Source of the DNA: Lama guanicoe
Lineage: Eukaryota
Reading direction: 5' to 3'
Assembly (NCBI GenBank): GCA_013239625.1
Contig: MU054323.1
Span: 14,307,950-14,371,949 of the forward strand
Length of the DNA stretch: 64,000 nucleotides
Part shown: positions 53,593 through 64,000 of the stretch, one piece after another
Layout: each line of letters starts with the position of its first letter
Position numbering within the stretch: the first letter of the stretch is position 1
Position numbers and translations under genes: made by a program
Notes under the pieces: model-generated
Database searches by the model: none
What the model was told of the DNA's origin: nothing
Seen by the model: only the letters and a program-made list of their open reading frames with translations

Positions 53593-55414
53593 CGGCTTTA
53601 CTACTTTATGTATAACTTTCTGAACAAACAGTAGATGAATTAACAATAAAAAAAGCACAAATTCCATCTATAAGTGTCAATTACTGATTAACATACCTAG
53701 TACACAGTTTTTCATCAAGGAATCTGATGCACATAAATAAATCTAATTTTATCATAAATAAACTTGATATTTAAAAACATTATCTTTGATTAGATAGTGT
53801 GTACTTTGAGGCTACTGTCTGAGAGGGGGCAGAAAGAAACCTGTCCCCTCAGTTCTAAATTTTGATCTGCATAGTTATTATATAGGTGAATATGTATGGA
53901 AAAATTAGATTTACTTAAAATTTGTACTTTTCATTATAAGACATACCTGAATAAATAAATTTTAGAATATCTAAACCCAGTGAATAATTCACCCTAACAC
54001 CCACCAGGGAAAAACCATAAATTTATAGTAGAGAATGTGATACTATAGAAATAATAAACACTCAATAAATTTTTGAAAGGGGCCACACCTTGAGAACCAG
54101 TTGACCATGATAGGTACTCCATGGTATAACCAACAATTTTCAATAATATATATATTCATATAATTGTAACAGCTTTAATCAAAAAAAGAGTAAGACTTTA
54201 ATGCATTTTGATCTTCCATGAGTATTCTTTATGATGTGAAGGAGTTCTCATCTACCACCACCCCTCCAAAAAACTCATAGTAGTTTTGACACATACAGTC
54301 AAGTTTGCTGAGTGCAGAAATTAAGTGTTACAAAAATTTCTTTAAACCTAACATGTAAAAATTATGTATATATGTCTAGAGGTAGAATTCAGGTAATAGG
54401 AGGTCTTGAGTGTGAAATGATTACACAGCAGGTTATTTTTCATTTTATAGGCTCAATTAATTTTCTAGCCTCTTTCTATGCATACGTAATCACAAAATGA
54501 AAGCATTCTTATAACAAAAGAAGTCTAAGTGAGAGAAGGGCACAGAAGGGGCAAAATCACCTGGACTCTTCTTAAGGATAACATAATTCCAAATGCTGGA
54601 ACTACTTTTTGCATAATGCTGAAAAGTTGCCAAAGTATTTCTTTTTTCCCTGCTAAAATACATTCACTGTTATTTTAGACTATGATCTGTGAGTGCCAAA
54701 TGTCTGCATTCCAAAGTTGCACACCAACAAATATCTATCCTTAATGGATGTTTTACCCAGCAGGGGCCATTGGAGCCCTCAGCTCCAGATTGCAGATCAA
54801 ATCCACAGAGCATATGGCTTTTGGGAAAATGAATGTGAACTGTTCTTTATTCTTTCTTTATGGGAAGGTTATTTCTCTCCCTTTTCCATTTTTTACTTTG
54901 ATGTGAAGATTTCAGAAACCAAGACTTGCATTTGAGTTAAAAAGTCGTTCTTTGTCAAAATAAATTAATGAAATCACTTAGAAAAATAATTGTGCTGCTG
55001 TGTACCAGAACCACTTCAGTGGGTTGACTGAGAAGCTGATAATGTATATACACCAACATGACAGAAAAGAGTGTAGAAAGTGTAATCAGACCCTCAGCTT
55101 AGCCGAGGCAATATCATCTTAAGGACTAATCAGTCCTCAATATGTTGGTCCTTTCATCATCAGTCAACCCAAGGTATTCAACATTTCTTTATTTGTTCAT
55201 TTTCCAGGTAATCTTATTCTTGTGAAATCCATTTTGCTTAAGACATAAATTATAAAATCTACATTGCATAAACAAGGCACATTGCCATTTCCTTTCATAC
55301 TGTCGATGAAATCTTGGCTTATATTTTTGAGTCAAGGAAAGAAAACTTAACTTCTGACCAGCATAAGAACAGGGTTTTAGTTTCTAAAGTCCATGCTGCT
55401 ACTAGATGAATGTC

Positions 55415-55828
55415 TTTTTTTAATTGTGGTAAAAGCAATTAACATAAGAATGATCCTCTTAAAAAATTTTAAGTGTCCAATACAGTTATTTTTGAATAGG
55501 TACAGATCTCTAGAACTTACTCATCTCGCTTAATGGAAACTTGGTGCCTGTTGATTAGTAACTCCTCATTTCTTCTTCCCTCAGCCCTGGCAACCTTCGT
55601 TCCAGTCTTTGATTCTATGAATTTGACATTTTAATTACCTCATATAAGTGAAATCATGTAGTATTTGTCTTTTTATGACAAGTAGATAACTTAAGGTAAT
55701 GCCGTCAAACTCCATTCTTGTCACATATTGAAAAAGTCCATGTTTTTAGGGCTGAATACTATTCCACTGGATGTATTGCCACATTTTATTTATTCATTTA
55801 TCTATTGATAGACATGTGGGTTGTTTGA
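55415..55828 (-). mobile_element. L1MA-type 3' UTR
   Basis: TTTTTAATTGTGGTAAAA, CAGATCTCTAGAACTTACTCATC, CCTCATATAAGTGAAATCATG, GGCTGAATACTATTCCA. Confidence 0.85.
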
Positions 55829-56171
55829 GTGAAACTATGTCCACAAACACTAAGAGAAGATTAACTGAGAGTATCTTGTAGAACAGTAGGAAAACTATCA
55901 GGAAACAGCTTGCTGACAGCCACTCTTTGACTAAATATTGCACAGGTGCATTGAGAGACTAGAATGACTGACCCAATGAACTTTGGACATCACAGGCCAA
56001 AAATCCACTGCATATAACACACAGAACTCCTTGAATTTACACATGCTGCTCATGAAGATACAAGAAAGACAGTCAGGCTCATGCAGAGGACTCTTGAAAC
56101 TTCTATTTACCCTTTCACCAGTCATTCCTTAGCCCAAACACCCTCCTACTCCTTACTCCAACAATAAATAT

Positions 56172-56440
56172 TGTAACCAAGCCGAAGCTCATACCACTTG
56201 CTGCATGGCAAGGCCATAAGTTAAGAGAAAAGATGTTGGGGCAAAGAAAAATGATTTTATTCAGAAAGCCAGCAAACCAAGAAGATGGCAGACTAATGTC
56301 CTAAAGGACCATCTTAATTCAGGAGAACAGCTTGTGGACATTCTTTTGATTGATTTGTGGCAAGTTAACCAGGTAGTATTTCAGGAGTCAACATCATCAA
56401 CCTTCTGGTTTCAACTGGTCTGAGGGCTATGTGCTGATCA
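56172..56440 (-). mobile_element. ERV1 LTR fragment (laurasiatherian MER41-like)
   Basis: GATGTTGGGGCAA..TTTATTCAGAAAGCCAGCAAACCAAGAAGATGGCAGACTAATGTCC, CATCATCAACCTTCTGGTT. Confidence 0.65.
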
Positions 56441-56758
56441 TCAATAAATGAACAAGGAAATCAAATTGGAAAGACATCCAGTGATCATGAATTGAAAGAT
56501 GTAAGATTGTTAAATGTTCATGCTAAGCAAAGTGATCTACAGATTCAATATAATCCCTATCAGAAATTCTGAAATTCAGAAAAAGATCATGAATAAACAA
56601 ATTAATCTTGAAAAAAAAGAACAAAGCTAGGGGCATTATACTTCCCAATATTAAAATATGTTACAAGGATTAAAATATAATAATCAAAACATTATGGTAC
56701 TGACATAAAGACAGATATATAGACCAATAGAACAGAATGGAGAGCCCAGAAATAAATC
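56441..56758 (+). mobile_element. L1 ORF2 fragment
   Basis: AAAGTGATCTACAGATTCAAT, GACAGATATATAGACCAATAGAACAGAATGGAGAGCCCAGAAATAAA. Confidence 0.85.
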
Positions 56759-57109
56759 TTTCAGCAGATGTTTATTGAGTACTTTCTATAGGCCAGGCTC
56801 TGGTTTAGATGTTGAATATAAGTACACAAACAAGACAGAAGAATTATTTGTCTTCATTAAACTGACTTTCTACTGAGGAAAAGTGTATCTTTCACTGCTA
56901 GGAAATAAGTTTAGTGCTTTTGAACTCTGATATTCACCTTTCAGGAATCAACACAATAGAACAGGGTGGTACAGGATGCAAATAATGAAGTGATCCTTAT
57001 TTTGAATTTTGCTTAGGAAAAATGGTTGGTATTCTGATGCTGTTGAGGTTATATCACTCAGTGAAACTATCCTGTTATCTCTGTTGAATGATTAATGATT
57101 ATTTTGAGA

Positions 57110-57915
57110 AACCTTCCTTCATCTCAATGTAGAGCCTTTGATCATTTCTTCTCTCTCTCACATCTCTCAAATCCAACCTACATTGATTCTCATTAGTTTT
57201 GTTTTCTAAAAGCATTTTCTAGCTATCTGTTGGCTTAACCACTTCTGACTATCTCTTAACTATCTGTTCTCTCCATTCCAGTACTACTGCTCAAATAGTA
57301 CTGGTTTAATGCAATTCTCTTATAGGTCTGTACCTCTCTCTGCTTCTCTTCCCATCAATTTCCTTCTCTATAACCCACCCAGAATTGATTTTTTTTTCTG
57401 AAACACAACCCAAGTCAAATGCTTCCCATGTTTAAAATCTTAAGTGATTCACCAGCATGCCAGGATAAAGGAAAAGAAATTAATATATACTTCAAATTCT
57501 TGTGTGAATTGTTACCAAGTTAATTCTCATTTTTACTTATGCTCCTCTGCTTTACCATACTTTAACTACTGTGACCTTCTGTCAGAGTCACAATACTATG
57601 CTGATCATGTATGCCAAAAGGCTGTTGCACATGTTCTCTCTGGCCAGATTATGCTTCCCTTTCCTCTTTGTCTGAGTGAGTACTAATCATCTTAAATCTC
57701 ATATGGAGTTTTATTTTCCCAGAGACCACTCCTTTTACTATTCTGATTATATCAACTCCTTCAGAAATATTTTTTAATCAGTAATTACATGTGTTTTAGT
57801 GTTATTTGAATTATGTTGGTTTCTCTAACAAGACTATGACCTCCTTGAGAAGAAAGAAGAAGTCAGGTTTTGCCCATCACTATTCCTAGCACAGCTCCTA
57901 TTGCTGAAATAATAA
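57110..57915 (+). mobile_element. L2 fragment
   Basis: Pyrimidine-rich, with CCAGGATAAA, TTGCACATGTTC and AGACTATGACCTCCTTGAG motifs. Confidence 0.55.
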
Positions 57916-58349
57916 ATTAAAAAAATATTTGTCTTGACAATTCTTACAGTTTCATGTATTTTCATATTCTCCTGCCATGTGCATACATCTTTGCAGTATT
58001 CCAGGGAGAATATTCAGAATAGAAGAATCATGACATGTGGCATATGTACTATCAAATAAAATAATACCTGTGTATATAATTTGTAAATTAGAAAGGGCTA
58101 TTCAAACATTTCTTATAACACGACTTACATAACATTTCTTACAACTACTTATGGATGCTCAAGTGAGGATTAGCCAAGGAATCCAAAGGTTGTTACTTCT
58201 TTCAGAGCCTTTTATCAGTACTTTAGAGGACATCAGAGATGCTGCTACCCTCAAGTCTCGGTTTTACTGTAGGGCAGCTCCATCTCTACATGTGGATGGT
58301 TGGGAGGGTGTCTGAGATGGTCTCAAGAATGGGCTCTCTTTATGTCCCA

Positions 58350-59530
58350 AGGTTTAGAGTGAATTGGATCTATGTCAGTTTGAGGAGTATTTTAATCTTA
58401 ATAACCGCAAGTCTTCCAATAGATGACAATGGAGCATCATCTCATTTCTTTGTTTTAGTTTCAACTCTCAACTCCTGGTTCTCTTTTACTAAATTTGTAA
58501 GTATTTTTTTTATGTTACTGTGAAACTTAATTTAAATTTTCTAATTGTTCTCAGTACAAAGTTATGTAAATGGTTTCTGTATGTTGGTGTTACATTCCAA
58601 AACCTAAAAACATTTATTAATTCTAAAAACTTTTTTTGAATCTCTTCTACACATGCATGATTATTTATCCATAAATAAGAGTTTTTACTATTTTTTTTAT
58701 CAGTAGTATGCCTTTTACATCTTTTTGTTTCCTTATTAGATTTGTTAGAGCATTTAGTATGATGTTAAATAAAAGTGGAGACGAGGGTTACCCTTGTTTG
58801 TTTCTGATCATAGATAGAAAGCATAGAGGATTTCAGGATTAAACATGCTGTAGGCTTTATGCATCTACCCTTAATTAGGTTGTGAATGTCCACTTCTATT
58901 CCTTGTTTAATGGTAGTTTTTACCATGAAAGCTGTTGAATTTTTAATTATATGTATTGATTTTTGAACACTAAACCATTCTTGCATTTCTGGGAAAAATT
59001 CCATTAGTTATGATGTGCTATTTTTTTCATAGATCATTGAATTTAATTTGCTAATAATTTCATAAGGATTTTAAAAAATCTATATTCATGAATGGTATTA
59101 GTATAACTGCTTCATTCTTCTTTTGTTTAATATTTGCTTAGCATATTTTCTGTCAGTTTATCCTCAACACACATGCATTTTTGAACAGCCTATATATTCT
59201 TCTTTTTTCAAGTAATCTATTCTGACACCTCTTCCTTTTAATTGGTGAGTTTTGTCCATTAACATTTAATGTAGTCATTAATACATTTTGGTTTAAGTCT
59301 ATGATTTATTTTTTCAACTCAGTCTGCTTTCTGTTCCTTACATCCTGCCTCTTTTTCTTTTTCATTATTTGATTTTTTTGAATTCTGTTTTTTTTTTGTT
59401 TTTTTAGCTATTGGGTTTTTTCCTCATTTTAAAAATAATGATTTTCCTTAGCAATTACAATATGCATCCATATAGCCTTAATTTTTCATAGTCCACTTAT
59501 TAATAATAACATTTTTCATAACATTCCTAA
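58350..59530 (-). mobile_element. Old L1 ORF2/ORF1 fragments
   Basis: ORF 58765-59004 FFPEMQEWFSVQKSIH resembles L1 GFIPGMQGWFNIRKSIN. Confidence 0.8.
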
Positions 59531-60404
59531 CTTGTATCGTGATTGCAATCCTTACAGAGCCACAAAAGTTGTGTTAAAGGAAGCTGCTATTTCAGTTAGC
59601 TTATCCTGAAAGGAAACACTGAGTTTTCTGAATTAAATGAAGCTCATTCATTCTTTAATAACAAAAGTATAGTGCCAGATAAATTTAAAAAGCAATTTCA
59701 GAATAACACTTTAGCAGGACCTAACAAAGCATCTCATTTCTGTTGCATGTTGTAGATAATTGAATACTATACTTCATAATGAACTAATGGTATTTGTCAG
59801 ACAAAATGATAATATTTTGTACTTACATAGCATCTTACTCCTAATGAGCTCAATAATGATTCAGTGGTCTGTTTTTATCTTGCAATAATTTGGAAGCATT
59901 TACATGAGTAATATCTTTTCATGCATATTTCTCCCTACTGATGAGAAACAAGATCATATCAAAGGTAAGATGAAAAGTTTGTTTTGCAATTAGAGTAGCT
60001 AATTACTCTAAACGCTAACAAAGCTGTTAGCAATTGTTGAAGTTAATCAGGTTACTTCTACCATCTCCAAAAGACAGAGCATAGCAACAAATCAACAAAG
60101 TAGGTAAAGTATAAAAATGTTCCTTAGAGAAACAATATGTAATTTTGTTAGTGACATATAAAATTGTAGAATAAGCTATTTTATATAAAATATTGGAAGA
60201 TTTAATCATCTATATCAATTCTTTAACTGAATTACTTGTCTTTTATATAATTATTTATTGAATTTTGACCATATATCTTTTCTCTGTACATGATAATACA
60301 TAATATGATTCCTTGAATATTAATACTAAAGTTGTCTAGATACAGTTTTATCAAGTAGTCTCCACAGATGACATCTGATTTTTTTTTTTGAAGAACGTAT
60401 TACT

Positions 60405-60650
60405 CAAAGGAGAAAAGGCTGGGAAGGATAAATAAGGGGTTGAGGATTAACAGACACACATTACTGTATATAAAATAGATAAACAACAAGGACATACTGT
60501 ACAGCACAGGGAATTATATTAAATTTCTCATAATAACATATAATGGAAAAGAATCTGAAAAGAAAAAATATATATGTGTATATGTATAACTGAATCACTT
60601 TGCTGTACAGCTGAAACTAACATTATAAATCAACTACACTTCAGAAAACA
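60405..60650 (+). mobile_element. Cetartiodactyl-type L1 3' end
   Basis: ATAAAATAGATAAACAACAAGGACATACTGTACAGCACAGGGAA...ATAACTGAATCACTTTGCTGTAC. Confidence 0.9.
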
Positions 60651-63254
60651 ATTTTAAAGAACAGTATATTGCTGTAATTTCAAATAGTGAGTATTTCCAT
60701 AGTATTTTTGTAATTACTTCTACATTTCATTATTTCTCTAGTAACTATTAGATGGTTGGGAGAAAAATACAAAGAAAAGCCATTTCTACTTATAACTGGT
60801 TATTAATTATTCCCCAAAAGAATATACTAAATGAATATTTTGGCTACTAGTTCTATAACCTTATATATGTCACTTAAACACTTCTTGACTCTGTTTCCTG
60901 GTTTCTAAATGACAACAATTACACTATCCTTATCTGCCTTAGAGCTGTAGTGAATCAAATATCAAAAGTATAAGAGAACTTTGAAAATAAAAATAAAAAA
61001 CACATAATCAATATATTACCAGTACTAATATCAGTAAGATTTTTTATTTATTTATGAGTGATGATATTCAACAGAATTTGCTTCTTGCTGAATGAGTGTA
61101 GCTTGATTCCATGTGAATTCATTCCCAAGTTCTTAATATCACCGATTGATAAATGGAAATCATACCTAGAGTGCAAAAGAAAGAAGAAGGGACTGAGCCA
61201 GTGTAGCTGAATCACTAGGATACAGTGACTCTAAGAAGTTTGCTGAATTGCCAAATTGCTGATTTTTGATTAATTAATTAATATCCACTTATTGAAAAGC
61301 TACTATATCTAAACTTCCTGCAATGTCTCAAGCATTCAACAGTTAACTTGACAGTTAACTGACTGTTTTGGTGGATTTTAGGTAAAAATTAGTGGATTTA
61401 AGCCACCACATCAAAATATAGTTAAAAATATAAGACAAGCCATGTAGGAAATCAATAAAATTTCTAATAGAACCATGAAATTATAAAAACTTCAAATTAC
61501 AAGAAAATACAGAGTATGGACCCAAAAGAGTATAAATTAGTCCAATTTGAAGAGGACAGTCAGATTTGATTAATACCAACACTGGAGTAGAGAACAGATG
61601 TTTCCTGAAAGATCACACAAATTATCTTCTGCTTTGATCACTAGAGACTGAAGACATCTATGGGAATTAAGCAAAGTCAGAAGTATCCCTATAACTTACT
61701 ACACTCTACTAAATGTTATGGGAAGATGGGCCAGAGGATGAACTACACAAATATGCCATCTTTATTTTCTCTAATCCAGAGTTCTAAGCAGGGGAAATGA
61801 TAGCAAGATAAGAAGAGTTGGAAGAAGGAAAGAAAGCAAGTGTTAATGCTTCAGCTAAGCAGAAATAAATGTTTCATATCATCAAACAATCTGTGAAGCT
61901 GTGGCATCAGAAAAAACCTCACTGACCTCATGTAAAATATGAAATTCCAAAGAAGCAGGAGTGTTATGATGAGAAACTGATTTCCTAGTTGAAATAGTGT
62001 CAAGCTTAAATTTATGATCTCTCTCTTTTAACCCTGTATTCTTGAACCATTGTTTGCTATCAGGACTGAATAGCCCTGATTCTACTTGAAGAGTAATGTA
62101 CAAAAAATAAACTTACACAAATACTATGCATGTATAATACAGTTCTGGGAGGATGACTATGCAGAAGAAGCAAGAGGAGGAGGAAGAAGAGATTGAGAAG
62201 AAGGAGAAAGAGAAGGGGAAGAAGGCAGCAACATGAAAGGCCAATGACAGATGAAGAACAGTCATTTGAAAATAATTATTTAAAATATTTGTCTTAAAGT
62301 TAATCAAGGACCTTATGTCATTATCATCATCATCATCAACAACAACAAAATGACAGAATGTGAGAACTGAGCTCAGGAAGAAAAGAAAAGAAAAAAATTA
62401 AGCCATTATAAGACATTCTTAATTCTATATGCAACCTTATCTTAGATCATTTTGATGATGTGTTAAAGTTATTCTTTTTTAGGAACATCTCTATAAGCAT
62501 ATTCCCCGCCATACCTGATTTGGATGGGTTTATGTCCTAATCTGACTATTCTCAAATATCCTATTGTGATTACAAATCTTTTGAACAATAGTGAGGCTTG
62601 AGGAAGTGTTTATCAAAGTCAGAACTAATGAACTGGTAGTGGTGCTAATGGCTTGTTAACAAAGCATGAAAAAATCCTGAATAAGCCATAACTATTGAAC
62701 TAGCTCACTGCTGAGTTAAGGACATAATTGTTTCCTATGATCTGTACATAAATAAATAAGCTTTGGTTTCATGTCTATATCAGAAAGTTTCATTCTCCTG
62801 ATGCATTAGTTTTTAATTTTGTTTTTGCTTTAAAAAAAATCCTGGTGATTCTAGACAATTACTTAGACTATCTAATAAAAGAACTGAAAAGATAATTTAA
62901 GTTGGTTGATCTATACTCCTAAGAAATTGGTATTATGAATTAGCATTTTCAGCTCCCTCAAATTCCCTTTCTTGACCCAACATCAACTCTTGTTTCCACT
63001 CAATTCCTTACAAGATAGTAGAAGAAAGAAGAAAAGTTTAGGAGTAGATAGCCAGAGAAAATAACAATAGATATGATTTCAGGGCTTACATGAGGAGAAA
63101 GAGCATGTGGTTTAGAAGATGAGAAAAGGTTACATGAAACGGGAGCAAAGGATATAAAACATGGCAAAAGATATGGTGAAAGAGTCCAAATGAAGATAGC
63201 CAAAGAGGAGAAAAGGGGCTGAGAATTTTTTGTGTGACTATATAGGGTTATAGG

Positions 63255-63513
63255 GGTTTAAGAAGTTAAATGAGGTTGTAAGTGTGGGGCTCTAATTCAA
63301 TGGAATTATTGTCCTTATAAGAAAAAGAAGAAATACCAAGAGTATCTGCACATAGAGAAAAGACCATGTTTGGAGAGAGGCCCCATGAGAAGCCAACTTT
63401 GCTGGCGCCTTGATCTTGGACTTTTAGCCTTCAGAACTGTGAGAAGATAACTTTCTGTTGTTTAAGGCATCCAATCTGTGGTATTTTATTATGGTATCCA
63501 TAGCAGACTAAGA
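63255..63513 (+). mobile_element. MaLR LTR (MLT1A/B-like), partial
   Basis: CCTTGATCTTGGACTTTTAGCCTTCAGAACTGTGAGAAGATAACTTTCTGTTGTTTAAG...GCAGACTAAGA. Confidence 0.8.
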
Positions 63514-63574
63514 AGGCAGATGGAAAAGACAGTACCAAATCCTCAGATCCCACCTTCCCAACCTTTGTATTTCC

Positions 63575-64000
63575 CTTCAGTACATTCCCAGGACTACTGC
63601 CCTTATTCCAAAATCATCTTATCTCATCCTGATTTTGTAGTTGTTTCCTAGCTGACCTTCCTGCCTTTACTTTTGCACCTTTCAGTGTATTTTAGTCTAC
63701 AAAAGCAGAGGGATTTCTCAGAAGCATAGATATGTATCATTGAGTTTTCAGCTTAAAACTCTGCGACAATTTCTGTTGCCTATGAGATCATGTTCAAACA
63801 TTTAAGTTTGTTGTGAAAGCATTCTAGGATTTCCCCTCTTCTCTACCTGCATGGAATATGGCTTCTTTCAAGCATTCTCTCTTGTTTCTCTGTCAAGGTT
63901 CATTTTAATCACGTAATTTCTCTGTGAAGACTTGTTGGTGAGTCCCTGGCAGAACTCTCCCTAGTTCACTGTGTGCTTTGTACTATGTGTCACCTTATCC
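63575..64000 (+). mobile_element. L2 fragment
   Basis: TTCCTAGCTGACCTTCCTGCC, GCTTAAAACTCT, CTCTACCTGCATGGAAT. Confidence 0.55.

Noticed and set aside
62150..62260. E/K-rich reading frame (MQKKQEEEEEEIEKKEKEK)
   Set aside because: Low-complexity purine tract with an early stop and no splice context.
1..64000. Prokaryote-type systems (CRISPR arrays, operons, defence islands), rRNA/tRNA genes
   Set aside because: Mammalian repeat-rich DNA with no repeat-spacer arrays or long ORFs. The only tRNA-like motif is inside a SINE.

Overview
AT-rich, CpG-depleted mammalian non-coding DNA (intron of a large gene or gene desert). It is most likely camelid, judging from a Vicugna-type tRNA SINE and camelid-style young L1 3' ends. 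No confident protein-coding gene, RNA gene or CRISPR array is present; the supplied ORFs are mostly repeat-derived or chance. Much of the window is interspersed repeats: an ERVL provirus remnant, MaLR/ERV LTRs, L1, L2, MIR, a Tigger5-like transposon and microsatellites. The standout structure is a composite retroposon present twice, in opposite orientation, 25 kb apart (9017-10270 and 35141-36066). It consists of an L1 ORF1 end followed by a patchwork of antisense and sense L1 pieces joined by shared non-L1 linkers. One copy has a perfect 16-bp TSD and a twin-priming inversion, consistent with a HAL1-like (ORF1-only) non-autonomous family. Other points of interest are an unidentified GC-rich poly(A) retrocopy inside an L1, a candidate alternative first exon on the minus strand near 22.3 kb, and an orphan L1 5'UTR. 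Repeat subfamily names are from memory and boundaries are approximate.
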